A DNA stretch of 64,000 nt from Octopus sinensis (lineage: Eukaryota), in contig NC_043010.1 in assembly GCF_006345805.1 (NCBI RefSeq), forward strand, positions 27,218,001 to 27,282,000, given 5' to 3'. The translations under genes were made by a program, and so were the position numbers. Below are positions 25,901 through 39,302 of the stretch, in pieces. Under the pieces are notes generated by a model that saw only the letters and a list, made by a program, of their open reading frames with translations, searched no databases and was not told where the DNA came from. Positions within the stretch are counted from its first letter, which is position 1. Every line of letters starts with the position of its first letter.

Positions 25901-26202
25901 TGTTGTAGGGAAAATGGTACTACCCTTCCCACGTGACAAAGTGGTATGACAGCCACTATAAAGTCAGACAGTCAGTCATTGTAGGGGTCAGTAGTAGTAG
26001 AGTCGTTGTACGAGTTCTCAGTTGAAGTCAGTGTAATATATACGCGTTCGAGTTACCGTCAGGTAGACGTTTCAAAGTCGTTATCTTGCGGAGTTCTCAG
26101 CGATAGCACGATAGACGAGTCAAAGATAAAAAGATGCGGAATACTGCCACAATTACCGTGTGGACAACAACATACAAGTGGACGTGGATCCCCATTATAA
26201 CA
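25901..26202 (+). mobile_element. Possible solo LTR
   Basis: TGTTGTAG...TTATAACA termini and a TATA-like CTATAAAG; no clear TSD. Confidence 0.3.
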
Positions 26203-26219
26203 CTATATATAGTTACGGG

Positions 26220-26880
26220 TTTCCTTGGGTCTGCAGAATGAGAGGTGAAGGCTATTCATGAGACTGATAGATACTCATAGGAGGCTAACCATATTCTCAA
26301 AGTGATTTGGAAGTTACAGTCCTTTTGTGAAATTAGTCCATCGTTCCAGTAAAGACGCCTCCAATATAAGGGAATCGGTACTTAAGTTGAAGAAGAGAAA
26401 TACACCAATACAGTTAGTAACTTCAACCGAGTCACTATTCCTCATAGCAACATTAAATGGAGTTCGGAATGATTCTTCTTCTAGAAAAAGGGACAAGTCG
26501 TAGTATATGAGATTTTTTTCTTGCTTGTAAGAACATTTTTATTTCATTGTCGAATATAGATATGTTGAGTGAAATATAGGTCGGGAGGGAATATAGATGT
26601 AATAAGTTTATCGGAATTAAGAAAAAATACAAATTAGAGATCTTCAATAGATAGCATTCAGGGGCAAAAGTATGGAGGCAGTGAGCTTATGTACAGCATA
26701 AACGTTTGATCACTAAACAAATCATATATGCAAGAAATTGCGGAATCGTTTTTTCTCGAACTCGGGAGACTACCTGCAACAGAACACGGGGTGCCGGAAG
26801 AAATTGAGAATGAATAAATATGTTCATAGATTGGGATCCATGAGGGAGAGCCGTGGACCACTGAATCATAGCTAGTGTAT
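26220..26880 (-). pseudogene. Highly decayed Penelope-like RT/linker region
   Basis: Ordered remnants: VVHGSP (GVAMGSP-like), EKND...FL, AVHKLT (VYRKPT-like), FCP, YRFPYIG (LRLPYIG-like). Confidence 0.4.
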
Positions 26881-27384
26881 ATGTCTATTAGTTTAAGAGG
26901 GGTAACCCCTTAACCATAGGCAGAGATTTATCTAGAACTTTTCTTACTAATTCTACCCGTGTCAATATGGTACGATTAATGAGTCTAGTGAAAGGGTTGT
27001 TACAAAATTAAAGTTTACGATGCATATGTTTATAATGAGGCTGCGCGTTGTCCTGGTGTATTAGAAAGATCGAGAAGAGGAGTTAAGAAATAGAGAGGTC
27101 TCTCACTGGCCATTGACTCTAATGGATTCACTCGCTCTTCAACGGGTTTTGTTTTTCATCCCCCAGGGTGTCCAGCGAAAACCACCTTCCTTAACAAGTA
27201 AACATAATTGGGTTGTCGCCGGTTTAATGACATACATATACATAAATATGTATGTATGTATGTATGTATGTATATACATATATATATAAATATATATATA
27301 TATACCATAAACATGTGTATTCTTATATAAGCTTATATACATATGATGTTGATGATGATGATGATGATGATTATATATATATGA

Positions 27385-27642
27385 TCTTTTACTTGTTTCA
27401 ATCATTTACTGCCATGCTGGGGCACCACCTTGAAATTTAATCGACTCCAGTACTTATGTTTTTAGAGCATGGTACTTATTCTTTCATATCTCTTTTAATG
27501 AACCGCTAAGTCACGAGGACGTAAACACACCAACACCTTTTGTCGAGCGGTGGTGGGAGACAGACACAAAGACAAGCACACAGATATACACACACAAATA
27601 TATATACCAACACACATATGTGTGTGTATATGTATATATATA

Positions 27643-27673
<31 letters not shown>

Positions 27674-27680
27674 GTGTGTA

Positions 27681-27762
<82 letters not shown>

Positions 27763-27809
27763 TATATATATATATATATATGTACATACATACTACATAC
27801 ATACATACA

Positions 27810-27841
<32 letters not shown>

Positions 27842-27987
27842 AACATACATACATACAATGAACTTCTTTTAGTTTCTGTCTACCAAATCCACTCACAAGG
27901 CTTTGGTTGCCCAAGGTGCTACGCAGGGGGAACTGAACCCAGCACCATATAGTTGAGAAGCAAGCTTCTTACCACACAGCCACGCCC
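27385..27987 (-). mobile_element. SINE family B with expanded internal (TA)/(CATA) repeat
   Basis: Both halves match the family. Confidence 0.85.
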
Positions 27988-28435
27988 TTTGTGCGCATGC
28001 GTGTTTATTTGGACGAAGAGATTGTGTGAAATGCGGTTTTGGCAACAGGAAACAAAAAGAAGCATTCAACATAAAAAAAAAAAATTACTGAAACAACTAT
28101 TTACTTTTACAACGACATAATATATACACGTCTCTCTACCTTACATATACACACTCGCACACGCGTATTTATTCATATAAGTATTTTGCCACACATTGAT
28201 ATACACACGTGTGTATATCAGTGTGTTTGTTTGCATAATAACAAGCACGTTTATAGAGCTACACCGAAAAGTTGGTGTTTCCTTTTTAAGAGGCAGCAGG
28301 GTAAGCAAAAGCTCAGCTTGATTTCCATTGTTTATTCTGCCCTTACCATTTTATGGAACTAAAAGGCGTACATATTTACCAATTGATTATCGGTTATCAA
28401 ATGTAAAGTGTGCATTCGTGACTTTACATACGCTA

Positions 28436-28482
<47 letters not shown>

Positions 28483-28647
28483 GTGAGTGAGTGAGTGAGT
28501 GTGTGAGTGTGTGTGTGAGTGAGTGAGTGTGTGAGTGTGTGAGTAAGTGAGTGTGTGAGTATGTGTGTGTGTGTTTTCTTATCAATATTCATGCGGGATA
28601 TTTTGATTATTTATTTATGCGGTTGGAGTTTAACTACATTGTTATAC

Positions 28648-29040
28648 AGGCGCATGCGTGACTTTGTGGTTAGGAAACTCGCATTGCATCCGAATGGTAT
28701 CGAAGTCAGTTCCACAGCTCGGAACCTCAGCCCAGTGTCTTCTACTTTAGCCTCGGACCGACCACTGAGTGAATTTAGTGGACGGAAACTGTACGGAAGC
28801 CCGTCACGCGTGCGTGCGTATGTGTACATGCTGAGTGTATGTATGTTCTTGTCTCTGTGCTTGTCCCTTCTATCACTGCTACTCGACAACCGGCGTTTGT
28901 TTGTTTACGTCTCCATAACTTAGTGGTTCGGCAAAAGTATCAGGCTTAAGAAAGAGATAAGTCCTGGGGTCGATCCGTTCGACTAAAATTCAAGGCGGTG
29001 CCCCAGTATGGCCGCAGTCTAATGACGAACGAATAAAACG
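28648..29040 (+). mobile_element. SINE family B, diverged
   Basis: GTGTCTTCTACTTTAGCCTCGG...GGCGGTGCCCCAGTATGGCCGCAG. Confidence 0.8.
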
Positions 29041-29044
29041 ATAA

Positions 29045-29090
<46 letters not shown>

Positions 29091-29699
29091 ATATATATAT
29101 ATATTAGTTTCAAATAGCAATCTGTACATAATACTTAAAGTAAATATATCATTGAATGCCTTCTCAACGATGGCATTCGTTCTGATATAACATCTATTAT
29201 AAAGGCGTAGTGTTAAAAAACAAAAATATATCACCAGATGACGAAAATCGCCCCGCGGCGGTAGTTGCATTGCTAAATGCGCCCTTACGCCTCTTGAGGA
29301 TTTACAGTGGTAAGTATTCAATGACAACCGCGTGTGAAGGAAGAATTTCTGTTACTGATGTAGTAAAACAGTGACTGAAATTTCAATGACTTCGCAATTA
29401 CCCGGCAGGCAGCATAAAATTTCATAATGTATGACAGAAGCAGAATTAGTTTAAGAAAAACATTCTATGTATCATACTTAAAGCAGATACATACCCTTGC
29501 GTCATGAGATAAAATCATTTAACAAATATTATCTTAGGATGAATATCGCAGTTGAGTTGGCTTACATTGATGTCTGCTTTAAGTATGATTCACAAATTGC
29601 CATTTTAAACTACTGTTGCACGTAACGAATTTTTATTCAGCTTGCGAGCTAATTGAGGATCAACACTATTAACCACGAAAAGAAATGGCTCCTCGAGTT

Positions 29700-29910
29700 A
29701 ATAAAGAGACTTCTACACAGTCGTTCGACCTGTTAGAAATAGCCGCCAAATCTTACCTAAATCACACCCTGCCACATCAGAGGGGGACAAAAAAGACAAT
29801 TGTTAATGTGGTCTTGGGAACTCTGCACATAGGGAAAAGGCGGAAGAGTCACGATTGGAATACTTTTAACTATGGTGTTGCTCGATGAAATATGACCTGG
29901 AAATAGATGA
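29700..29910 (+). repeat. Dispersed repeat family E, unclassified (other pieces near 42320-42510, 43775-43870, 52735-52905, 56140-56320)
   Basis: Shared TCGACCTGYTAGAAATAGCAGCCAAATCT...AAATCACACC block; several copies end in CAA-rich tails. Confidence 0.6.
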
Positions 29911-30512
29911 CAAGAAAACGAATGACCCCTTCGAAAGAGTTCCTCTCATTTACCGTTTCAACCGAATTCCCTGCGCAAATATTTGATCGCAGTTAGCTTA
30001 TGGTACAAGACTTTTACCCAAGGTGATATCAGGCAGTAGAATAGAACCTGAAACCAGGCAGTTACGAAGAAAACTTCGTATTTATACAGCCATGTTTGCA
30101 CTCATACCGTATCCCCTGGGACAATCAAATGTTCAAATTAAAAGCGAGGCAGCGACAACTACCACTGCTCGTCTAGCAGCTTTTTTAGCTTTTGTCGCCA
30201 TCCTTCTGGTCTTATCTGGCTTGTGAAAAACTAATGTAACTAGAGACTAATGTATAACAAAAATAATTGAACCAACACTCCCAAAAAAACCACCACCACA
30301 ACTATCAACACCATCACCAAAATATCCCATGCCAATATAATGTGGAACGGTGTGTTGAATGACGTGACTTACAGAACAAGACATCCCATCACCACGATAC
30401 AACATGCTGCACCAATAACCATGTTTACATAACAAGATTTCCACGACTGGCTATTTACACGAAACCCACTTAACAATTGCATTTACCTCAGTGCAAATAG
30501 CGATTGTTCACT

Positions 30513-30544
<32 letters not shown>

Positions 30545-30557
30545 AGCTATATATATA

Positions 30558-30596
<39 letters not shown>

Positions 30597-30641
30597 CTAT
30601 ATATATATATAAGCTATATATATAATATATATATATATAAG

Positions 30642-30675
<34 letters not shown>

Positions 30676-30869
30676 TGTGTGTGTTTTATGTGTTTTCACC
30701 GTAAAAATAGCTCTCCTCCTCTGAAGAGCAAACATAACGTAACATGTTCCAATTTATAACTACACCATGTCGAAATTTCTAGAACAAAGGAAAAAATTAA
30801 TCAATAATGTTCATGACAATCGACTGGTAGACAGCTTCGTAGCATAATTTAAGCACCAAAATGATGATG

Positions 30870-30900
<31 letters not shown>

Positions 30901-31303
30901 GTACAAAACAAAAAAAAGAATCATAAATAAAAAGAACACACCTCAATAATATCAATTCTTTAAAAACCAAAATGAAAACAATAGATAAAAAAACTAAACA
31001 AAATAATTACGTAATCCTGCATATAAAACATATATTGGTGAAAACTAAACGTATTCCACTTGCTAAAATAAAAATAAAATACAAAAGGACATTTTTTTTA
31101 CAAAAAATACCTCGAAAGGGAATAATTCATGCGTTAATGCTAAATTATAGAATGGGTTTTTTATAAAGCTGTCTGAACTGACGCCCAATGTCCACCTCGC
31201 TACCGAACCTGTTTGCATTTCAGCGAGGGAGTGAGGGATGGTGCTGTATCCACCTGTTTGTAGGGTTCGACTTTAATTCGGGTATTTTGTTGTGAATTTA
31301 AGC

Positions 31304-32250
31304 TAGGGGTCTCTCAGCTGCGGGTCCCGGGGCTGTGTGCGGCCCTCAGCTATTCTTCCTCCGGCCATCGACGGCCTTCCCACTATTTTATGTCTTTTAT
31401 CTCTTTTGTTTGTTTCAGTTATTTCGCTGCGGCCATGCTGGGGCACCGCCTTGAGGAATTTCTAGTTGAATGAATCGACCCCGGTACTTATTTTTGTTTT
31501 AAGCTTGATACTTATGCTATCGATTCTCTTTTGTTGAGCCGCTAAGCTACGGGGACGCAAACACACCAACATCGGTTGTCAAACGGTGATGGGAAAACAA
31601 GCACACGCATAAAGATACGCACACATACACACAAATATATATACATATATTACGGAGATGTACTTGCATAGCCAGTGACCTGATCTGAGATCGTGTGTTG
31701 GAACGAAAATAATTGCAGCAAATTAAATTTAAACGTTGAAGTGAATCTAACGGTTTTTGTGTGTGGCTTATAAACACCTTCCACGATGCAATTGCTTATA
31801 TATATATATATATATATATAAATCTGATTTCATGGACGAAAAGCATCAGCTTTATAAAGCTGGTCATATATAGATATATATATATATATATATGTAAAAA
31901 ATACAAACTGGGACAAGAACGCAAAACATTTAGAAGACGATACAAAAAACATGGACGGGACATTCGAGGCCTTCAGTCTTCAGTCAAGAACCGGATCATA
32001 TATATATATATACGACGGGCTACTTTCAGTTTTCGTCTACCAAATCCACCCTCAAGGCTTCAATCGACTCGGGGCTATAGTAGAAGACTATTTCCCAAGG
32101 TGCCACGCAGTGGGACTGAACCCGGAACCATGTGGTTGGGTATCAAGCTTCTTACGACTAACTTGTGTTTTACTGTTTTTGGTGCGGCTCCCAAAAAAGT
32201 ATCCATGTTCTGGATATGGTCTGGATATTAAAAAAGTTGAGAGCCACTGA
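31304..32250. mobile_element. hAT-type MITE hosting a nested SINE B (31393-32160, minus), itself interrupted by TA-flanked inserts
   Basis: Left end TAGGGGTCTCTCAGCTGCGGGTCCCGGGGC...GCGGCCC; right end AAAAAGTTGAGAGCCACTG; SINE halves lie between. Confidence 0.65.
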
Positions 32251-33441
32251 TTTAGGCAGTTGTATTAAATTCTACTCGTCAATGGATGGCAAACTTAAAC
32301 CGTTTACTTGATTTAAAAGAGATCTTCTGGCTGGCCCTTGGGTCTCCTTTAGCAAAGTTCGCTCTGGAATAAAATATTTGAGTTAAGTTTTGGGTTTGGG
32401 GTCGATAACCTCTTACATGTAACCTGCCATCACGGGGACCCTTGAAAATATATTCACGCAGCTCATCTTTGTTTGACTGAGAATTAAAAAAAGAAAGAAA
32501 TATTCTTGCAGTGATACCGAAAAGGTATAACAAGAGTGAATGATAATGACTTGATCTTCCAGAAATAGCAGCCAAGTTTTTTCAAATCGAAACATACCGT
32601 CTTAGAATAGGAAAATGCGTTCGACAATTTTGTTCTTTGTATATAAAAAGACGTGATGGGTACAGCTAGAAAGCCTTTAATTATAGGTTTTGTTCGATCA
32701 TGGTTTATTTTGGGGTTAAGCAACAACAACATAACACTACAGTAAATGTGGTTTCTAATTTAGGCCCAAAGCCAACAGTTTTGAAGGGAAGTGATTAGTC
32801 GGTACTATTCCCCTCCCGAGTACTTGACAGGTCCTTCGGTGGGAAGAGAGACAAAGTTGATCGCAGCGAGATTTGAACTCAAAACGTAAAGAGCTGGAAG
32901 GCACATCGCAAAGTACTTTTTCTGATCAATGATCGTTCTGACATAAGTGCAAAACCTGAAATCGTGGCGATGGGTGATGGATAGGTGATTAAATTCGCTC
33001 GCACTACTAGCATAGGAACTCGTTTTATCAAACTTTTTTTGTTTGGAAGGGCCCCTGAAAATACCTGCCTGTCAAACATCTCAAATCCTGGAAGTGTTTT
33101 AACACTTTCAGATGACGCTGCCCCAAAATTCCATACAATTATGATTGTGACAAATAGCCTCACAAATGTAAAGGTCGTATTTATTGTCTTCGTCTATCGT
33201 TTCAAATTACAATTTGTTTACTTTTGTACGTCCACCTTGTATTGGTTTGTTTGATCGAGCCCTAACTCTACGCAAATCTTGCTGGTGCCACCGATATATG
33301 AGTTTCTCAGTCTTATCGTTAAAGGCACGAAACTGAGTATTAGTATTTTTGGTGAATAACTGATGAAGAATTAATGTTCTTCTGTGTGTGTCCTACGTGT
33401 ACGTTTTGTAGTATTTAATGCATTTTTCATTTATATATAAA

Positions 33442-33943
33442 CAGAATGACCCCACCCCGAAAAAAAACAGAACCCATAAAAATGTTATTAAAACCTACAA
33501 AGGTCTTAAACTTTGGTCTGTGTACAATCATTCCCTTTGCATAAAAGTCATGTTCTTTTCAAAATATGCTCCAATTGGCATACGCCGTGAAAAATTGCCA
33601 ATTATTCGGACACATTCGTCTTTGGGGATTTCCCTGATTTCTGCTGTGATTGCTGCCTTCAGTTCACCAATCAGTTGAGGGTTGTTCTGGTAAACATTAT
33701 CCTTGAGATACCTCCAGAGATAAACAAACCTGGCGGGTTCAAGTCTGGTGAATGCGGTGCCCACTCAACGTCACACTTCCTGCTGATCAGTCTCTCCTGA
33801 AATCGCTCTCTCAGTCAGGCCCAGGAGTTATTTGATGCGTCAGGGGTGGCCCCGTCCTGCTGGAACCACTGTTCATCTTGATCTATCCCTGTGCATCGTT
33901 TTATTTAAAGATTTGTGGGTTCTGTTTGGGGGGAGGGTCACTG
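33442..33943 (-). mobile_element. Internally deleted Tc1/mariner element, DD41D (rosa-type)
   Basis: WFQQDGATP...WAPHSPDLNPP[G], with 41 residues between the 2nd and 3rd catalytic positions; then YLWRYLKDNVY; TIRs CAGAATGACCC...CAGAACCCA / TGGGTTCTG...GGGTCACTG|TA. Confidence 0.9.
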
Positions 33944-33971
33944 TATATACATACATACATATATATATATA

Positions 33972-34170
33972 TATAGTATAGTATAGTATAGTATAGTATA
34001 TTATAGTATAGTATAGGGCAATCAGTAAGTTGTCATAATAGAACCCAGAATTTCAAATGCCGGAGCTAAGGGCTTCGCGGTATTTTCATCTAGCTTTTAG
34101 CTCCGGCATTTGAAACTGAGTTCTCTTATGGCAACTTACTGAGTGTATAATACTATACTATACTATACTG
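33972..34170. mobile_element. Fold-back hairpin element with mirrored (TATAG)n/(CTATA)n ends
   Basis: Arms 34022-34069 and 34097-34142 are near-perfect reverse complements. Confidence 0.8.
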
Positions 34171-34180
34171 TATATATATA

Positions 34181-34260
<80 letters not shown>

Positions 34261-34272
34261 ATATATATATAT

Positions 34273-34753
34273 ATATTTTTACATACAAAATTTAAAGGAC
34301 TGACCACTAAAGTGGACGGTCAACATGCTAGATATAGACGTCAAAATCGCTATTTTCCACAAAGAATCTCAGCGCGATCTCAGCGCGCCAAAGTGAAAGA
34401 TACACATAAATATAATTGGTTGGACTCTATGCATGCGAGACTCCGGTCAAACGTTTTTGTATCTAGTCCTGCAAATTGTATTTCTATATGACAGACTATG
34501 CTGTTGAGATTGCAGATTTCCATGTATCCATATGCGTGGATATTAACAATCGAAACTGATCGGTACATAGGTAATCATTTTTATTACGTATATTTTCATT
34601 TGTCTTGCTTATTTTTAATGCTTTGGTTTGTGCTGAGTTTTTTTTATTTGAGAACACATTCTTTGTGGAAAATAGTGATTTTGACGTCTATATCCAGCAT
34701 GTTGACCGTCCAATGTTAGTGGTCAGTCCTTCAAATTTTGTATGTAAAAATAT
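34273..34753. mobile_element. Element with ~95-bp inverted arms enclosing a hammerhead-like motif
   Basis: Arms at 34273-34367 and 34658-34753 with few mismatches; sits in (TA)n. Confidence 0.8.
34496..34570 (+). ncRNA. Type I hammerhead-like motif, A6U core variant, GUA site
   Basis: CTATG-CTGTTGA-GATTG[34 nt]CAATC-GAAA-CTGATCGG-TA-CATAG; stems I, II and III all pair. Confidence 0.65.
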
Positions 34754-34829
34754 TAATCTTCAGATTTTTTTAATATGCTAGGCCACTGGTTTTAATTGAT
34801 TAATATCAATTTCTACCCTTATTAAATTT

Positions 34830-34876
<47 letters not shown>

Positions 34877-34947
34877 AATTCCTCTATTTACATGATATCG
34901 AGGTCTCATTCTTTTGTTGTCATTTTATTTTTTATTAATATATATAT

Positions 34948-34978
<31 letters not shown>

Positions 34979-35112
34979 GAAAGAAAGAGAGGGGAAGAAA
35001 CAGAAAGAGAGACACAGAAAGACGATGGTAGTATTTGAAACTGCTTATTCAACAAGGACAGTTTGTGTCTTCAAAGTCCAATGCTCCTCAGACTCTGACA
35101 ATATAATCACAT

Positions 35113-35317
35113 ATTTTGGCTCAAGGCCAGCAGTTTCAAGGCAGGGCATAAGTCGATTATGTCGGCCCTAGCACTCAACTGGTACTTATTTCATCAACCT
35201 TGAAAAGGATGAAAGGTGAAGTCCACCTCCCCGGAGTTTAGACTCTGGACGTAAAGATGGACGAAATGACGCTACGTATTTCGTTCGGCGTCATAACGGT
35301 TCTACCAGCTCGCTTCC
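35113..35317 (-). mobile_element. SINE family A, diverged
   Basis: Reverse body and head; lies head-to-head with the next copy. Confidence 0.75.
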
Positions 35318-35353
35318 TTAATATATATGGTCATTGATACTGCTGATTTTTAA

Positions 35354-35752
35354 GGCGGTGAGCTGGCCGGATCGTTAGCACGCCGGGCGAAATGCTTAGC
35401 GGTATTTCGTCTGCCACTACGTTCTGAGTTCAAATTCCGCTGAGATCGACTTTGCCTTTCATCCTTTCTGGGTCGATAAAATAAGTACCAGTTACCCATT
35501 GGGGTCGATATAATCGACTTAATCCATTTGTCTGTCCTTGTTTGTCCTCTCTGTGTTTAGCTCCTTGTGGGTAGTAAAGAAATATGCATTGCGTCTGCCG
35601 CTACGTTCTGAGTTCAAATTCCGCCGAGGTCGACTTTGACTTTCATCCTTTCGGGGCCGATAAATCAAGTACCAGTTGCGTACTGCGGTCAATCTAATCG
35701 ACTGGCTCCCTATCCCAAAATTTCGGGCCCTGTGCCTAGAGTAGAAAAGAAT
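35354..35752 (+). mobile_element. SINE family A dimer (tail type 1, then tail type 2)
   Basis: Two copies of the GTTCTGAGTTCAAATTCCGC body. Confidence 0.9.
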
Positions 35753-36029
35753 ATTGCTTGTGTTTAACTACAGTTTAGAATCTGTTTTCTATGATGTAGC
35801 CTTCATTTTTTTGCTTTTGTTTTTCGTTTTTTTCTTTGTTTTTAGGCGAAATCTCGCTGAATGAGCATCCAGCCCTTGAAAAATTGCGTACAATATGCTT
35901 TTGGAAGTCTGTTTGTTTACATAACACCATTTATAAAGAATTTATATTCAGGAGGACAAGAGAAAAACTAAAATTAACATGAAATGTATTCGTTATGACA
36001 TCAAACATATGGTTGTCACTTTTATGCAA

Positions 36030-36452
36030 CGTGTGTGTGCGTATGTGTGTGTGTGTGTATATATACGAGTGTGTGTGCGTGTGTGTGTGTGTGCGTGTAT
36101 GTGTGTGCGTGTATGTAAATGTGTATATGTGCGTGCGTGCGTGTGCATATGTATGTGTGTGCGTGCGTATGTGCGTATTTGTATGTATGCGTGTATGAAC
36201 GAGTGTGCGCGTGTGTGCGTATATGTGTATGCGGGTGCGTGTATGTGTGTGTGCGTATGCGTCTGTATGTGTGTGTGCGTGTATGTGCACGTGTGTGTGC
36301 GTGTATGTGTGCGTGTGTGTGTGCGTGTATGTGTGCATGTGTGTGCGTGTGTGCGTGTGTGCATGTGTGCGTGCGTGCGTGCGTGTGTGCATGTGTGTGC
36401 GTATGTGCGTGTGTGTATGTGCGCGAGCATGTGTGTGTGTGTGTATGCGTGA
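36030..36452 (+). repeat. Alternating purine-pyrimidine (GT/GC/AT) tract
   Basis: Direct reading. Confidence 0.95.
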
Positions 36453-36849
36453 GTCGCATTGCCAAAAGTTTAAAAAGGTCGGGTTCAATTCCACTGCGAA
36501 GCACCTTAAGCAGCTGCATCTTGTGCGAAAACGTTTTGCTGAGCTAAGCCTTCTGAGTAAAGTTGAGTAAACGGAAACTGTGGGGAAGACCATCGGATGC
36601 ACTGTAAACGTAATTCAAAGGGCTCAGCCTTGACGCCTGCAGTCTCTGTGGAACACTCGGCCACTTACACCGCATTTACGTTCAGTTGGTTGTTGTGGTG
36701 AATTCTAACCAAAAGTTATACAGCCTTGTACGCATATGTGTGTGTGTGTGCGTGTGTACGCTTGTGTATACCTGTGAGCGCATGCGCACTTGTTTGCACT
36801 AGGAAATATTAAAGCCTAGACTATTATCAAATGCCATAAAAATTATGCA

Positions 36850-37383
36850 TTTTATTCTTTTACTTGTTTCAGTCATTTGATTGCGGCCATGCTGGAGCAA
36901 TGCCTTTAGTCGAACAAATCAACTCCAGGACTTATTCTTTGTAAGCCTAGTGCTCATTCTATCGGTCACTTTGGCTGAACCGCTAAGTTACGGGGACATA
37001 AACACACCAACATCGGTTGCCAAGGTATGGGGGAACACAGACACACAAACATATTTATATATATATATATATATATATAGTAAGTCCCAAAAAAGAACAA
37101 ACAAGAAAAAACAACAACGGGAGGACGTGGTACAAGTACTGTATTATCAGACGCTCAGGAAAGGAAGGAAAGAGGATTTAACGTTTCGAGCGAAGCTCTT
37201 CTTCAGAAATAGAGGATAGTCCAAAAGGAAGTGAAGATAGAGGAAGAAAATCGCCAACGATACACACGTGGTTACATTTTGAAATGACCGGAAGGGAATG
37301 GGTGAAAGAAAAGTTATTTCTAAGACAGGAGAGTGCAAGAGGAGATATGTGTGTGCATGTGTGGGTACGTGCATGCGCGCAGA

Positions 37384-37449
<66 letters not shown>

Positions 37450-37692
37450 TTTTGTGTAATAATAGCATCTGTATGTGCGTATGTGTGTGTGTGTGTGTGT
37501 GTGGTTTTGGCTGTTTATAAATGTGTGTGAGACAGGCTTCTTTCAGTTTCCGTCTACTAAATTCACTCACAGGGCTTTGGTCGGCTCGAAGCAATAGTAG
37601 AAGACACTCGCCCAAGGTGCAACGCAGTGGGGCTGAACCCGGAACCACGTGGTTGGGAAGCAAGCTTCTTACCACAGAGATATGCTTGCGCC
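36850..37692 (-). mobile_element. SINE family B interrupted in its microsatellite by a Penelope-like remnant (37085-37350)
   Basis: 3' half at 36850-37050, 5' half at 37530-37692; the insert matches 22162-22320. Confidence 0.8.
37176..37210 (-). ncRNA. Minimal type I hammerhead motif (Penelope type)
   Basis: Minus strand ATTT-CTGAAGA-A-GAGCttcGCTC-GAAA-CGTT-AAAT. Confidence 0.65.
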
Positions 37693-38357
37693 TATTAAAC
37701 CAGTTCATGAACAAATTCCTGGCATATGACACACCGTGCAGCTCTACAGGTATTGTCGATTTGATGAAGGGTGTGAGCTAATGTGCAACGCTCGCATTTG
37801 AACGCAATAAACACATCATTTATAGAGGTTGTTGAGCAAGAAATTCTAGATTCGTCTTTCTTGGTCTTGAGGGAATACATACAACAATACAAACTGGGGG
37901 TGCCAGAACGAATTGAGATTCTGTGTGCACAGCCGGAATCATTATCTGCTCGGCAGACATCAGCAAGTAATTTGTTTGTGGATTTTTATAAACAAAGGTT
38001 TGTGCACATGTCAGCCTGTCAGATTCATTGCTCCGGCGGGTTAGCTTTGACCAAGAAGACACACAATGAGGTCGAAATACCACGATGCATCAAAGTTCTC
38101 TTACACCGGTAAATCGTTTGTGTTGTGAACACACATCGTCAAGAAAGAGATGATGCTCTCCGATGGCAAAAAAGAACAGTGATCAGCATATTCACGTTCA
38201 AATCTACCAGAACGCATTAAGATTGAATAGATACGTTACTATAACACACACACACACGCACACAACACACACACACACACACACACATACACGCATCCAT
38301 ACACACACGCACATCTAGACGTGTGTATATAAATTAACTGGTTATCTTAAGGAATAT

Positions 38358-38963
38358 CTTTTATCTTTCACTTGTTTCAGTCATTAGACTGTGGCCATGC
38401 TGGGGCACAACCTTGAAGAATTTTTAGTCGAATAAATCGACCCCAGGAATCATTTTATTTTAATATCTGGTACTTATTCTGCTAAGTTTCGGGGACGTAA
38501 ACACACTAGCACCGGTTGTCAAGTGGTAGTGGGGGACAAAGACACATACATATATGACGGACTTCTTTCAGTTTCCTTATTTCTTTACTACCTACAAGGG
38601 GCTAAGCATAGAGGGGACAAACAAGGACAGACAAACGGATTAAGTCGATTACATCGACCCCAGTGCGTAACTGGTACTTATTTTATCGACACCGAAAGGA
38701 TGAAAGGCAAAGTCGACCTCGGCGGAATTTCAACTCAGAACGTAACAGCAGACGAAATACCGCTAAGCATTTCGCCCGGCGTGCTAACGTTTCTGCCAGC
38801 TCGCCGCCTTCTTTAAGTTTCCGTCTACCAAATCCACTCACAAGGTTTTGGTCGGTTCGAGGCTATCGGAGAAGATATTTGCAGAAAATAGCACACAGTC
38901 GGACTGAACCCGGAACCATGAGATAGGAAAGCAAGCTTCTTACCACACAGCCACGCCTGCGCC
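38358..38963 (-). mobile_element. SINE B with nested full-length SINE A (38577-38808, minus)
   Basis: TSD TTCTTTMAGTTTCC at 38563-38576 and 38809-38822. Confidence 0.9.
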
Positions 38964-39302
38964 TATGCGAAGCTTACGCAAACTATAATAAGCAAATGTG
39001 ACGTTGCTGGATGAAAGGGTTTCCTAATATGGTAGAAAACCTATTTTTACAGGCAAACGATTTGTTCTGTATTCAATCCCATAGTTCAGAACGAATCAGC
39101 AACAAAACATTTAGAAAATTAAAAACAAATACAATCATGAAGATTGTGCGTGAGGATAAAAGAATCCAGATTCCTGGAGAAATACGTAAATATCAAGTTT
39201 TTGTCATTGAAGTAAGAAATTCAAGGTTGTTCGATAAAATATTTCGAGTTTGATGGAGAATTGTGAACCTTCGCGGGTAGATGATAAAAAAAAAATCAAC
39301 AC

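Noticed and set aside
31960-31998. CTGAAGA...GAATGTC hammerhead-like string on the minus strand
   Set aside because: No pairing stem II, and GAAA is absent.
35931-36602. Overlapping HT/CV-rich ORFs (also at 27.5, 41.2, 55.3, 60 and 62 kb)
   Set aside because: Dinucleotide and tetranucleotide microsatellite artefacts.
37783-38112. 109-aa ORF
   Set aside because: No recognisable motif and no convincing splice or start context.
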